Below, in pieces: positions 39,423-52,785 of a DNA stretch of 64,000 bases; position 1 is the first letter of the stretch; the number at the start of each line of letters is the position of its first letter. The translations under genes were made by a program, and so were the position numbers. The stretch spans positions 558,001-622,000 of the forward strand of contig OZ249436.1 in assembly GCA_965235115.1 (NCBI GenBank), in the 5' to 3' direction. The DNA comes from Laetmonice hystrix (taxonomy: Eukaryota). The notes below the pieces were generated by a model. The model was not told the origin of the DNA. It saw nothing but the letters and a program-made list of their open reading frames with translations, and searched no databases.

Positions 39423-42074
39423 CGCTCCGACAGCTGGCGGCCGGGGCGACCTGTACAGACGGTCCGGTACGTACGCTCCGACAGCTGGCGGCCGGGGCGA
39501 CCCGTACAGACGGTCCGGTACGTACGCTCCGACAGCTGGCGGCCGGGGCGACCTGTACAGACGGTCCGGTACGTACGCTCCGACAGCTGCCAGCCGGGGC
39601 GACCTGTACAGACGGTCCGGTACGTACGCTCCGACAGCTGGCGGCCGGGGCGACCCGTACAGACGGTCCGGTACGTACGCTCCGACAGCTGGCGGCCGGG
39701 GCGACCTGTACAGACGGTCTGGTACGTACGCTCCGACAGCTGGCGGCCGGGGCGACCCGTACAGACGGTCCGGTACGTACGCTCCGACAGCTGCCGGCCG
39801 GGGCGACCTGTACAGATGGTCCGGTACGTACGCTCCGACAGCTGCCGGCCGGGGCGACCCGTACAGACGGTCCGGTACGTACGCTCCGACAGCTGCCGGC
39901 CGGGCCGGGGCGACCTGTACAGACGGTCCGGTACGTACGCTCCGACAGCTGGCGGCCGGGGCGACCTGTACAGACGGTCCGGTACGTACGCTCTGACAGC
40001 TGCCGGCCGGGGCGACCTGTACAGACGGTCCGGTACGTACGCTCCGACAGCTGCCAGCTGTACAGACGGTCCAGCTGTACAGACGGTCCGGTACGGTCCG
40101 GTACGTACGCTCCGACAGCTGCCGGCCGGGGCGACCTGTACAGATGGTCCGGTACGGTCCGGTACGTACGCTCCGACAGCTGCCAGCCAGGGCGACCTGT
40201 ACAGACGGTCCGGTACGTACGCTCCGACAGCTGCCGGCCGGGGCGACCTGTACAGACGGTCCGGTACGTACGCTCCGACAGCTGGCGGCCGGGGCGACCT
40301 GTACAGACGGTCCGGTACGTACGCTCCGACAGCTGGCGGCCGGGGCGACCCGTACAGACGGTCCGGTACGTACGCTCCGACAGCTGCCGGCCGGGGCGAC
40401 CTGTACAGATGGTCCGGTACGGTCCGGTACGTACGCTCCGACAGCTGCCAGCCAGGGCGACCTGTACAGACGGTCCGGTACGTACGCTCCGACAGCTGCC
40501 GGCCGGGGCGACCTGTACAGACGGTCCGGTACGTACGCTCCGACAGCTGGCGGCCGGGGCGACCTGTACAGACGGTCCGGTACGTACGCTCCGACAGCTG
40601 GCGGCCGGGGCGACCCGTACAGACGGTCCGGTACGTACGCTCCGACAGCTGCCAGCCGGGGCGACCCGTACAGACGGTCCGGTACGTACGCTCCGACAGC
40701 TGCCAGCCGGGGCGACCTGTACAGACGGTCCGGTACGTACGCTCCGACAGCTGCCAGCCGGGGCGACCCGTACAGACGGTCCGGTACGTACGCTCCGACA
40801 GCTGCCAGCCGGGGCGACCTGTACAGACGGTCCGGTACGTACGCTCCGACAGCTGCCAGCCGGGGCGACCTGTACAGACGGTCCGGTACGTACGCTCCGA
40901 CAGCTGGCGGCCGGGGCGACCTGTACAGACGGTCCGGTACGTACGCTCCGACAGCTGCCAGCCGGGGCGACCCGTACAGACGGTCCGGTACGTACGCTCC
41001 GACAGCTGCCAGCCGGGGCGACCCGTACAGACGGTCCGGTACGTACGCTCCGACAGCTGCCAGCCGGGGCGACCTGTACAGACGGTCCGGTACGTACGCT
41101 CCGACAGCTGGCGGCCGGGGCGACCTGTACAGACGGTCCGGTACGTACGCTCCGACAGCTGCCAGCCGGGGCGACCTGTACAGACGGTCCGGTACGTACG
41201 CTCCGACAGCTGCCAGCCGGGGCGACCTGTACAGACGGTCCGGTACGTACGCTCCGACAGCTGCCGGCCGGGGCGACCTGTACAGACGGTCCGGTACGTA
41301 CGCTCCGACAGCTGCCGGCCGGGGCGACCTGTACAGACGGTCCGGTACGTACGCTCCGACAGCTGGCGGCCGGGGCGACCTGTACAGACGGTCCGGTACG
41401 TACGCTCCGACAGCTGCCAGCCGGGGCGACCCGTACAGACGGTCTGGTACGTACGCTCCGACAGCTGCCAGCCGGGGCGACCTGTACAGACGGTCCGGTA
41501 CGTACGCTCCGACAGCTGCCAGCCGGGGCGACCTGTACAGACGGTCCGGTACGGTCCGGTACGTACGCTCCGACAGCTGCCAGCCGGGGCGACCTGTACA
41601 GACGGTCCGGTACGGTCCGGTACGTACGCTCCGACAGCTGCCAGCCGGGGCGACCTGTACAGACGGTCCGGTACGATCCGGTACGTACGCTCCGACAGTT
41701 GCCAGCCGGGGCGACCCGTACAGACGGTCCGGTACGGTCCGGTACGTACGCTCCGACAGCTGCCAGCCGGGGCGACCTGTACAGACGGTCTGGTACGGTC
41801 CGGTACGTACGCTCCGACAGCTGCCAGCCGGGGCGACCTGTACAGACGGTCTGGTACGGTCCGGTACGTACGCTCCGACAGCTGCCAGCCGGGGCGACCT
41901 GTACAGACGGTCTGGTACGGTCCGGTACGTACGCTCCGACAGCTGCCAGCCGGGGCGACCTGTACAGACGGTCTGGTACGGTCCGGTACGTACGCTCCGA
42001 CAGCTGCCAGCCGGGGCGACCTGTACAGACGGTCCGGTACGGTCCGGTACGTACGCTCCGACAGCTGCCAGCCG
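39423..42074. repeat. 51-bp CpG-rich minisatellite (61-bp variants), ~50 copies
   Basis: Unit CGCTCCGACAGCTGSCRGCCGGGGCGACCYGTACAGACGGTCCGGTACGTA; accounts for the five overlapping 676-926-aa ORFs. Confidence 0.99.
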
Positions 42075-42160
42075 GCCGCCGACCGCGTGTATTCACAAAC
42101 ACTGTTCACTCAAGTGCTGGCAGCGTGTTTACTGTCAAGGGCCTCGTATAAAAAGGCATC

Positions 42161-42670
42161 TGATGACACCGTGATGTGGCCACGAGTCGTGTCCTGTGAT
42201 GACACCGTGATGTGGCCACGAGTCGTGTCCTGTGATGACACCGTGATGTGGCCACGATTCGTGTGATGACACCGTGATGTGGCCACGATTGGTGTCCTGT
42301 GATGACACCGTGATGTGGCCACGATTCGTGTCCTGTGATGACACCGTGATGTGGCCACGATTGGTGTCCTGTGATCATGACACCGTGATGTGGCCACGAT
42401 TGTAGTCCTGTGATGACACCGTCATGTGGCCACGATTGGTGTCCTGTGATGACACCGTGATGTGGCCACGATTGGTGTCCTGTGATGACACCGTGATGTG
42501 GCCACGATTCGTGTCCTGTGATGACGCCGTGATGTGGCCACGATTCGTGTCCTGTGATCATGACGCCGTGATGTGGCCACGATTCGTGTCCTGTGATCAT
42601 GACACCGTGATGTGGCCACGATTGGTGTCCTGTGATCATGACACCGTGATGTGGCCACGATTGGTGTCCT
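42161..42670. repeat. 36/39-bp minisatellite, ~14 copies
   Basis: Unit TGATGACACCGTGATGTGGCCACGATTGGTGTCCTG; GACACC/GGTGTC stem around palindrome GTGGCCAC. Confidence 0.98.
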
Positions 42671-42942
42671 ACATACGATATGGGGAGGACAAGAGTAGGG
42701 AGAAGGAGGTGGGGGAGGAGGAGGAGAAAATAAATAAAGTATCAGAAGTATAGAATTAAACCGGATGGAACTATCTGACTCTCCGCTTTAAGAATGAAAT
42801 GCACTTTATATTTAAATGCGATCAACTTAGTTCCATTTGCGAGGTATTGAAAGTCGAGGACTGTGAAGAATACCGCAAACGTAATAACAGCCTCTAAGGT
42901 CAAATTAACTTCAATTCAGTTTCAAACGAGTTCCACCCACGG

Positions 42943-43046
42943 ACCTGCGCCTGACCTGCCATGCCTGCGCCTGACCTGCCATGCCTGCGCCTGACCTGCC
43001 ATGCCTGCGCCTGACCTGCCATGCCTGCGCCTGACCGGCCATGCCT
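42943..43046. repeat. 20-bp tandem repeat, ~5 copies
   Basis: Unit ACCTGCCATGCCTGCGCCTG. Confidence 0.95.
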
Positions 43047-43090
43047 AGGCGGAGCTGGGTGCCTCGTACCGCCTGTACCCGCGGACGGTC

Positions 43091-43832
43091 TCCCGGCCCT
43101 CCCCGGCCCTCCCCGGCCCTCCCCGGCCCTCCCCGGCCCTCCCCGGCCCTCCCCGGCCCTCCCCGGCCCTCCCCGGACCTCCCCGGCCCTCCCCGGCCCT
43201 TCCCGGCCCTCCCCGGCCCTCCCCGGCCCTCCCCGGCCCTCCCCGGCCCTCCCCAGCCTCCCCAGCCCTCCTCGGCCCTGCCCGACCCTCCCGGCCCTCC
43301 CCGGCCCTCTCCGCCCCGGCCCTCCCCGGCCCTCCCCGGCCCTCTCCGCCCCGGCCCTCCCCGGCCCTCCTCGGCCCTGCCCGACCCTCCCCGGCCCTCT
43401 CCGCCCCGGCCCACCCCGGCCCTCCTCGGCCCTCCCCGGCCCTCTCCGCCCCGGCCCTCCCCGGCCCTGCCCGGCCCTCTCCGCCCCCGCCCTCCCCGGC
43501 CGTCCTCGGCCCTGCCCGACCCTCCCCGGCCCTCCCGGGCCCTTCCCCGGCCCTCCCCAGCCCTCCCCGGCCCTCTCCGCCCCGGCCCACCCCGGTCCTC
43601 CCCGGCCCTGCCCGGCCCTCTCCGCCCCGGCCCATCCCGGTCCTCCCCGGCCCTGCCCGGCCCTCTCCGCCCCGGCCCACCCCGGCCCTCTCCGCCCCGG
43701 CCCACCCCGGTGCTCCCCGGCCCTGCCCGGCCCTCTCCGCCCCGGCCCACCCCGGTCCGCCCGTGTCTCCCGGCCGTCGTGTTTGAACAAGGCCCGGCGG
43801 TCGGGCGGGCGGGCGGGCGGGCGGGCGGGCGG
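43091..43832. repeat. 10-bp C-rich satellite (CCCCGGCCCT)n, degenerating rightwards, followed by (GGGC)n
   Basis: Direct reading; the minus strand is a dense series of G-runs. Confidence 0.97.
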
Positions 43833-44160
43833 TAAGTCCTGCGAGCTCAATACAAGACCACCCTGGCCCAGATGAGGCTAACAGTGGATGGCGGGAGGCC
43901 AGCCTGGGGGCTTTACTGTTACATTAAAAAGGGATGACTGGATGGGGAGTGAGTCGGCCGCCGATTGGGCCTTGACACTGAGGCACCCACTGAGGTGGAC
44001 AGTCTGTCGTTAGAGATAGACCTAAAGATTGGTTCAGTGAGGACCAGGCCTGGTCCCGAGGAACACCGCAAACAATCCAATCTTACACTGACCTCTCACG
44101 CTATCCCACGTTACACTTTCTCACGACACATATTACAACATTACTATATGCATACCAACT

Positions 44161-44490
44161 AACACCTGATACAAATATCTCATCCAATGTACTACTTACA
44201 GTGGCAAACTCTGCTCGCAATAACAATATTTTAACTATAGCAACACCTGATACAAATATCTCACCCTATTGTACTACTTACAGTGGCAAACTCTGCTCGC
44301 AATAACAATGTTTTATAAAACCAACACCTGATACAAATATCTCATCCTATTGTACTACTTACAGTGGCAAACTCTGCTCGCAATAACAATGAACAACTAT
44401 ACCAACACCTGATACAAATATCTGATCCTATGTACTACTTACAGTGGCAAACTCTGCTCGCAATAACAATGTTTTAACTATACCAACACC
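44161..44490. repeat. ~81-bp tandem repeat, 4 copies
   Basis: Unit AACACCTGATACAAATATCTCATCC...TACTTACAGTGGCAAACTCTGCTCGCAATAACAAT... Confidence 0.95.
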
Positions 44491-45355
44491 TTGTCAAATA
44501 CGGTCATGGGAGAGGACATACGGTAGAAATACATACATTTAAACTGGTATTTTTTTGGATCGTGCAAGAACCTACAGGACGTCGCCGAGGACGACGAAAC
44601 ATCCTTTTGGTCCCTCCACATTTTTTGTTGGAAAAAGATTTTTCCTTTTCAACTACAAGAACATGAACCAGAGTTTCTATTACTTTTTCTCCGAATCCCA
44701 CGAATGCTTACTTACGTGGCAAGCATTGATACCTCGGTGTGGAGCATGAGATTTGGCATGTGCCAGTAGATCTATTGATGGTATATTGATTCCGTCAATG
44801 TCGCCTGCTGTAGACTAGCAGTATGACCCATTGACGTGCCTTGTTATCCTGATATTACCCACAGTCGGAGGTTGACCATCGCTGTAAGCCACCCAGTCCG
44901 TTCTTATCGTCTGCTTGCTATCTCTCCACCAACCTGACCTCCAACAGACGGGTCTTATCTAAACCCCTGACCTGGCGACCTCCTGTGAGGGACCACCGAC
45001 ATCGATTGAATCCGCTACGAGAGAGATCCACGCACCCAGCTACGTTACACACAGGCGGAGGACCATTAGGACAACACAAACGATATAATTGCGTGTCTTA
45101 GGCTGGTTTCCCTTTATAGTTTATGTGTGCACCGATTCAGCACCCGCCAACAGTTGTTGCCGACTCTCATTGTTCGAGTTCATTTAGCGGGGAAATCTGG
45201 TATGGACATAAGGACACATTGGCGACAATATAACTATGGTTGATAAGGAAGAATAGTCTCTTCCCATAGATAAGGCATCAAGCAAAACACGAAATATTTC
45301 ATGATGAATATCCCTGAGTGTTATTTGTGAACATACTCATGTAAACCGACCGGTG

Positions 45356-45435
45356 ATATCAGAACGAGGCGAGGCCAGGACCCGGTATCAGAACGAGGCG
45401 AGGACCCGATATCAGAACGAGGCGAGGACCCGATC
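45356..45435. repeat. ~24-bp tandem repeat, 3 copies
   Basis: ATCAGAACGAGGCGAGG core repeated three times. Confidence 0.9.
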
Positions 45436-45824
45436 CTCGGTGAGAATTTACGTCACGTGTTCCCATCTCTCGATTAACATTTGTCGTGGCACATGAGAAT
45501 TGAAAAGGTGCTTGGAATTGTCGGCGCAAACCTCGTTAAAGGATCTGTTATATTTCAAAGAGGCCCCAATGATTATTCAAGTAGTTACGCAGGATGACAG
45601 ATTTCACTTCTTCTGAAGCACTCATCCGTCGACCGACACTAGTCACGTGACCTGAATACAAAGTGGCCTTGTTAGTTCCGGTTTCAGCGTTTCTCTGAGC
45701 TCCGCGATGCCCGTACAAGAAATGTCTCGAGTGACGACTTTAAATCTCTAAGTAGCCCTGTCCCGGCCGACGCTTTTATCAAACGACGCTTGACCCTAGA
45801 CGGAAGCTCCTAAATATCGTATCA

Positions 45825-45840
45825 CACTGCCCCCTGCCGG
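45825..45840 (-). promoter_or_regulatory. CTCF-like motif
   Basis: Reverse complement reads CCGGCAGGGGGCAGTG; motif match only. Confidence 0.45.
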
Positions 45841-46066
45841 CTATGGTCGGTACCGTGATGGATGTGACTCGTCGTCCATCTTACCGAGAGTTCAAAGAAC
45901 TTCCATGATCGATCGTACACTAGGGGCTGATGCCCGCCCGGCCTTTTTCTAACACTCAGTTCATCTACCTTAATGTTAATGTTCAATAAAAGACGAAAAA
46001 CAACAGCAAATAGCAGATGTTGCAGGTGCTTGAGTTTAGGGCATTAAGGCTGGTCCTTCCGCTTGA

Positions 46067-46600
46067 TGCCATTATTCCACACAGACCAGGAATCCCACGA
46101 ATTGCCAGGATTCGATAAATTTTAGGATTCGTGAGGATTCGTGATATTTTGCAAATTTCTTGTCCAATTCGTGATGATGTACCCTATCGTGAATTCGTAG
46201 ATATTTCTTACTTGCTTCGTGCCTGCTTCGGTGTGTATTCGTGGGATTCGTGACAGATTCGTAGCCGATTCGTGGTCAAGTCACGAATTCCCGAATGAGT
46301 TAAGAATACCTACGAGTGCCTACGAATCTATTACGACTCAGTTACGATGCCTAAGAATGCACTACGAATTTGTTACGAATTAACTACGATTTTTTGGAAT
46401 CAAGAGTTCGTGGCCAACATTTTGAACAGCTCAAAACTTTTGCCACGAATTCCCGATCACTCAAGAATTGAAAGAACTCACTACGAATAAATAAGAATCA
46501 GTTAAGAACTTTACGAACTGATTAAGATTAAACTACGAATCCGAGAATTCATCAATTCGTAGGGATTCGTGAAATTCGTGGTCTGTGTGGAATAGGGGCA
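46067..46600. mobile_element. MITE, PIF/Harbinger-like
   Basis: Terminal inverted repeats TGCCATTATTCCACACAGACCA / TGGTCTGTGTGGAATAGGGGCA; flanks TGA and TTA (one mismatch from a TWA TSD); interior filled with ATTCGT (left half) and ACGAAT (right half) motifs in fold-back arrangement; no ORF. Confidence 0.8.
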
Positions 46601-46626
46601 TTACTGTTACAGCACAGGACCCAAGT

Positions 46627-47075
46627 CCTTGTAAATGGCATTGCTGTACTACTAGCGGCCTTGTAAATGGAATTGCTGTACTACTAGCGGCCTTGTAAAT
46701 GGCATTGCTGTACTTCTAGCGACCTTGTAAATGTCATTGCTGTACCACTAGCGACCTTGTAAATGTCATTGCTGTACCACTAGCGACCTTGTAAATGTCA
46801 TTGCTGTACTTCTAGCGACCTTGTAAATGTCATTGCTGTACTTCTAGCGACCTTGTAAATGTCATTGCTATACTTCTAGCGACCTTGTAAATGTCATTGC
46901 TGTACTTCTAGCGACCTTGTAAATGTCATTGCTGTACAACTAGCGACCTTGTAAATGTCATTGCTGTACGTCTAGCGACCTTGTAAATGTCATTGCTGTA
47001 CTTCTAGCGACCTTGTAAATGTCATTGCTGTACTTCTAGCGACCTTGTAAATGTTATTGCTGTACAACTAGTAAA
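46627..47075. repeat. 32-bp minisatellite, ~14 copies
   Basis: Unit CCTTGTAAATGTCATTGCTGTACTTCTAGCGA. Confidence 0.98.
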
Positions 47076-47445
47076 TGTCATTGATACCTGGAAGATAAAG
47101 CGGCCATGTTGTGTGCACTAAGCCGGCCAGCCGATTCTGAAAGGGCACGGGTACAGTTGGCCACCAGGATATTTAATATAAAAGGTAAGGTCTATAAAAT
47201 GTGAGCCTGTATATATCGCGTTTTGCATCCAAATATTTGTGTATCATTGTGGCCAACCATAATATTTAGATACAATGGCAAAATTTGACCATCCACCGAC
47301 CGGATGACTGGATACGGTGCTTTACTTTTACATAGGTCAGCCGCTCGCTAATAACGACATCGTTAGTTTGTATAGACATGACAGGAGAACATTCGTTGAT
47401 AACGACATAACGAGTGGCCCAGCATTTACTGGTAGGAAAATTTAA

Positions 47446-47956
47446 AGGAATCATGACACTTATTTCATATAGATGTTACAAATTGGCGAAAATACTGCTT
47501 GTATATAGTCTGGTAATTATGTTCCATAGCACTACCTACTTGCCTGATTGGATTTTTAAAAATATTTAAAAATCGGCAAATTTGGAATGACGCGCGTCTT
47601 CTTCAAGACCTGCAGCCCACCTACGAGATAGAGTTTTGGCCGGGCGACTTTACACCCTTTTCACAGAACGCGAGACTATAGCCGCAATCACGTGATCATC
47701 TCACCCGTTGCAACGCTATGCCTGCAGGTCAGACATTCCCGATGGCGGAAGGCAGCGTTGGTGTTGAGTGTTCTCGACACGAAATGTGAAATGTGAAGGT
47801 AACAGTGCATTTCGCTGCTGTCTGTTTACAATACATAATGTATATTATACCTAGGAAGTATCCTCGGGACAGAAGGTGCATAGATTTTGACGAGATAAAC
47901 GTGAAACCAGGCCGAACTGTCTTCCCGGAACCCTCAACCAGGATGCCATGATTCCT
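47446..47956. mobile_element. TTAA-flanked MITE, Kolobok-like
   Basis: TTAA at 47442-47445 and 47957-47960; TIRs AGGAATCATGACA / TGCCATGATTCCT. TTAA TSD with AG...CT termini fits Kolobok rather than piggyBac (CC...GG). Confidence 0.75.
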
Positions 47957-48404
47957 TTAAAGGTATCTTTATTAACGATGTCTTACTGAAAACGGCCCCC
48001 TGCATGTCTGTGACATGAAGCACTAAAGTTGAGCATTCTGTCAATTTGATCTTTAGTCATTCCAGGCACACTGACGCGCGAGTAAGCCCACAGATTTCCT
48101 GAAAAACTCGTTTTTGAATACCGTTGTTTTGTCGAAAGTTGCAGATACAACACTTGGGATGGAAAATCTAGAAAGAAATGTATGTTATTGCTGACAAAAG
48201 GGCTGAAATCTCATCTTTGATAGAATCTAATTGTGAGTGGGCCTTCTGGCTTCGGAAAACACCACCGAGGTCGGTCGAATAACAAATAATTTCAGCGAGA
48301 GATTTTGATTTGAAATAATATAGATCTTTATGTGTAGGTCAATCAAGGAAATGTAAAGACGAAAGTGAACCCGTAGAGCGTCTGCTTTATAATTAAACCC
48401 TTTT

Positions 48405-48506
48405 ATACACACAATCCGTGCATACACACAATCCGTGCATACACACAATCCGTGCATACACACAATCCGTGCATACACACAATCCGTGCATACACACAAT
48501 CCGTGC
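48405..48506. repeat. 17-bp tandem repeat, 6 copies
   Basis: Unit ATACACACAATCCGTGC. Confidence 0.96.
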
Positions 48507-48966
48507 CTTCTAAGACGCAGTGGCATACATATAGATATTGATGCGTTGCCTGAGGCGCCTACTTGCCGGAACCTCCGGTCTAAGTGGCAATGCATTACGG
48601 GATGTCGGGTGTAGCCAGGGGCCGACACCAGGGGATTTCCCACTGGTATTAAGGAAGCATGTACGTTAATATACCGCCCACCGTGGAGAATCAACTTTGG
48701 TGCATAACATCGTCACCATCTGCCTACACTAAGTATATAATATTGACGCTTCTATTGCTATTCATCGACAACACATGAGTAGTGTTCCCAGGCTTGTGTC
48801 GTCTGTTGGAAAATCTTGCCACTCTGTGCAAGACAAAGGTGACTCGGCCCCGGGGGTTTGTGACTTAGGATTTCTCCCCAGGCTTGATGGCAAGTTCTCG
48901 GAAAGGGTGAACTGAATGCCATTACTTACAGGCCAGAGGATGTTACAAATTAAGGAATACAGCATA

Positions 48967-49354
48967 TCTCTCTCTGTCTCTCTCTCTGTCTCTCTCTCTG
49001 TCTCTCTCACTGACTCTTTCTGTCTCTCTGTCTCTCTCTGCCTCTCTCTCCCCCTCTGTCTCTCTCTCTCTCTCTGTCTGTCTCTCTCACTCTGTCCCTC
49101 TCTGTCTCTCTCTCGCTCTCTCCCCTCTCTCTTTCTCTCTCTCTCTGTCTGTCTGTCTCTCTCTCACTCTGTCCCTCTCTGTGTCTCTCTCCCTCTCTCC
49201 CTCTCTCTCTCTCTCTCTGTCTGTCTCTCTCACTCTGTCTCTCTCTGTCTCTCTGTCTCTCTCTCCCCCTCTCTCTCCCTCTCTCTCCCTCTCTTTCTCC
49301 CTCTCTTTCTCCCTCTCTCTCTCTCCCTCTCTCCCCCTCTCTCCCTCTCTCTAT

Positions 49355-49400
<46 letters not shown>
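48967..49400. repeat. (CT)n imperfect microsatellite
   Basis: CT dinucleotide run with CTGT/CCCT interruptions. Confidence 0.99.
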
Positions 49401-49402
<2 letters not shown>

Positions 49403-51143
49403 ACACACATAGATTTTTAAAGATCGTTCATTTATCCTAGGAATTACATCCGCGAGTGCGTTTTTTTTTCTTGCATCCCCAACATACTTCTAAAATTAAT
49501 CTAAAACTGCATGCTTAATACCGACAGTGCAATAGTACCCATCATAAAGATTGTATTATATATACTACATCTACATACCGAACCCTCTTTCCAATTCTTG
49601 AATTTCCCTGCTCGGAAATGGTCACCCTTGTGCTTAAAATGACCAATGTCTGGAGGGCAGCTGGCCCCTAATCTGACTTTATTCTGACGGTCTTAGTGTC
49701 ACAGATCACCTAACGTTATTCAGGAGGCAGCTGACCAAGGCCTCCGTTCACCTGTGAATAAGGTCACATTCACGATGAGGGAATACACAGCATTACACTC
49801 TTTTCATTAACGTGTAAGTGACCCGAAAATAATGGCTTTGAGGATTGAAGGAGAACGACACAATTGGTGCATTAGAGCCGGGCAGTCGAGCCCCGTCGTC
49901 AGCTCCCCCCGTCCAATATTAACTTCCCGATGCTCCTTGATTATGGCTTTGGAAGGTCGCAGGGAAATGAGAATAAATTGTACTTGGCCATGTCGCCAAG
50001 ACGACAGAAGATGGCGATTTGCTTCGCTAGAAGGGGGGATTAAATGTCTTTAGCCTCGGGCTCATCTGGCCAATGGCGGCCGACCACGGCAATAACGGAA
50101 CCTCCCCGGATGTAACTCATGTGCTGCTCATGTCAACAGACGGAAACGCCCTCTACCGTCGGCTGCTGAGAACAGAGGCGACGATTCTGTCAGATAGAGA
50201 TAGAGACAGCTGAACCTTCGAATGACGCGCTTTGTCCCCCGCAACCATCACGCCTTAAGGTTTCTTCCGACGTTAAATGGACGGCCAGGAAATGAAGTCG
50301 ATCTACAGTACAGGGCGGGTCAGAGCATACAGAGGTCTGTGGACAGGATGTGGGCAGTCATTATGACACCTGGCCTGCCCCAATATAGACAATGGCTTTA
50401 TTAAAAATAAATAAATGTCGCCCTGGCGACGTGTTTGACTGTCAGGTTGGACGGGAATAATTCTCTTCAAGAGTGAGCGAGAAGCCTCTGCTTTTTAAAC
50501 CAATTCTTTCCAGGGAGCAAACTGCATTTGCAAAATCAAAACTTTTTTAAAAATAAGTGCCCTGTTACGATGACACAAGAAAGCAATGTTTGTCGATCCA
50601 GAAAAATGGTGGAGCATAATCTGCAGTCATCTCCTTTGATTGATACAGCCAGGATTTAAAATTTGACGTCACACGCGATATAATTCGTAACCCTTTTATT
50701 GTTTACAACACATCCTAATATAAACACACATAGCTCTACATTTTGACCGCCGGCGTATTTCTTTTTCTGCGGGTTATCTGATGCACCAGTTGTATCCTGG
50801 CAAGACCTCGTTATTTCCTCGAGCATGGAATGGCTGATGGTCAGAGACAGGCTGCAGACAAACCCTCTGTAAAGTCAACGTGTCATTCCTGTCCGCTCGG
50901 TCACTAATTCAATTGTGGAAGGCAATCAATCCGCCTGCCTGGTCTCTGGCTGTGTCGGGGGACCTCGTATCGGCAAACCTCTCATTGTAACTTCTCCATG
51001 AATTCTGTGAGTAAGATCAAATATAATCTATCACTAATCCTAGCCCCAAACATACCGCTAAAACTTCACCGTCTGCCCTCGACCTGCCAACAAACCTGTC
51101 TCTACCCTAGGCCTGCCCATAACCCTTACCCCTATACCTTCAA

Positions 51144-51361
51144 TCTCGCGAGAATGCTACTATGGGGCAATAACCCTTGCATTGCCCAAACGCTATCCCG
51201 CAGGATTAACGATTCTCGGCGAGCAGGCGACCAGACGCACGCGACCCGCATTGGACGGCGCTCGACGAATCAAATTTATCGTCTGTTGACTACATGACGC
51301 ACGTCTTCCGGTCGGAACGACGACGTCAAATCTCCATACTTGTACTTGGCGAGTGGTGAGT
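51144..51361 (+). promoter_or_regulatory. Possible promoter-like motif cluster
   Basis: TCTCGCGAGA palindrome 51144-51153, ATTGG (reverse CCAAT) 51250-51254, CTTCCGG (ETS-like) 51305-51311, GACGTCA (CRE-like) just downstream, then donor-like GTGAGT 51356-51361; locally CpG-rich. Confidence 0.3.
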
Positions 51362-52785
51362 GAAAACTCGTGTTATGTCAGTTCAGTTAGCGTTGGTCGA
51401 AATAAGGCAAGTCGGGGCAGTCATGGAAAGACCTTGGGATGTAAATAAGATGGCAGTGTCCATGTAAAATCCATAGAAAGAATGCCCAGAAGGAACTTGA
51501 GTTTCGTCATTTCTCATCTTTATCTAATAATAAACGCTATACTAACATGATATATACATGATATACTAACAGGATAATATTCTCAGCATACATGAAATTC
51601 AAAAAGCATGCGGCAGACGTTGATACTGACATGGTTAGCTATATCTATGTAGGCCTGGATAATATCAGATCGAGGCTACAAGTTCCTTCTCATCTTAGAA
51701 AACTTTATCCATGATTTTAAATCGGTTTATCCTTCGAGTTGACTGTTTTCTGAGAGCTCCTTGCCATTAGGAGGCATATACTCCTCAGAAATTGGTGCAA
51801 AAGTCTTGTAAGCGCTCGACCCACACTTGCTTCCTGGTACTGGTACCCTGTGTACCGAACTGTCCCGTCTTGCATCCTTGAGTTCGACCCAACTCGCGTC
51901 GCTCCAGCCTCCGTGAACTTCGTGACCTTGGATGAAATCAAAGAGAGTGGCTCGGGTTGCCCCGAGAATAACGCCGAAGGTTTCTATCGATCTGTGTGGC
52001 GTACCCACAAAATGTAACTATGAACGATGGACCTCTCCATGGCGGCGTCGCCCCGGCTCGCGGACGGCCGAGTCTCTTTGATCTATGTGGCTACAGACAA
52101 AGACATGAGTGGACCTATGTGGTGAACGTCATAATAAATGAACGCAACTACAGCAAGTGCGCCTTCCTTTTCATACAGCCAGCCACATGGTACAGCATCC
52201 AAGACTTTCAGGGATTTCAGGATTAAACGGACTTTAGAATTCCAACCATTGATCTTAAATGAAAGTCTTCCATTATTTATAAAAGCAAGCATTAGCTGTG
52301 AGCATCGATCTGGACGTGAGTCTGGACACTTACATTGAGTCGGGCCGCCCATCTCGTTCAGCCAGATGTTTGCTGATTGATCCTATAATAGCAGTGTGGG
52401 AACACACCCCGGGACTTGCTGCCATTACGTGTTCCACTGAAACATGTTGGAACCTTCCCCAGTCATTACATGATCAGGGCATATTGGTAAAATATCTCCC
52501 CCTGGCCATGTCGACATTAGGTGTATCACTGCTGAGGGTCGGACGTAGGATGTTTGAAAGAATCCAGACAATGATTAACTGGGGAAAGATATTGAAATCA
52601 AAATGTCAAGGGTTGGAACACAGAGGAGAGCAAGTTGTTGACTGGTGAACTTTTTTTTCTCGCTGGTTTATATTTCAGCAATCACTGTTCCAACAATACA
52701 GGAAGTATCGACCACGAGGTTCAACAAGGAGCAAATAACAGAGGGAAATCAGTAATGGACGGGAGAACATGTCGGTGTGCCTGCA

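Noticed and set aside
51717..52648. Cluster of short ORFs as exons or retroelement remnants
   Set aside because: No recognisable domain or motif, and no consistent splice or frame structure; BLASTX would be needed.
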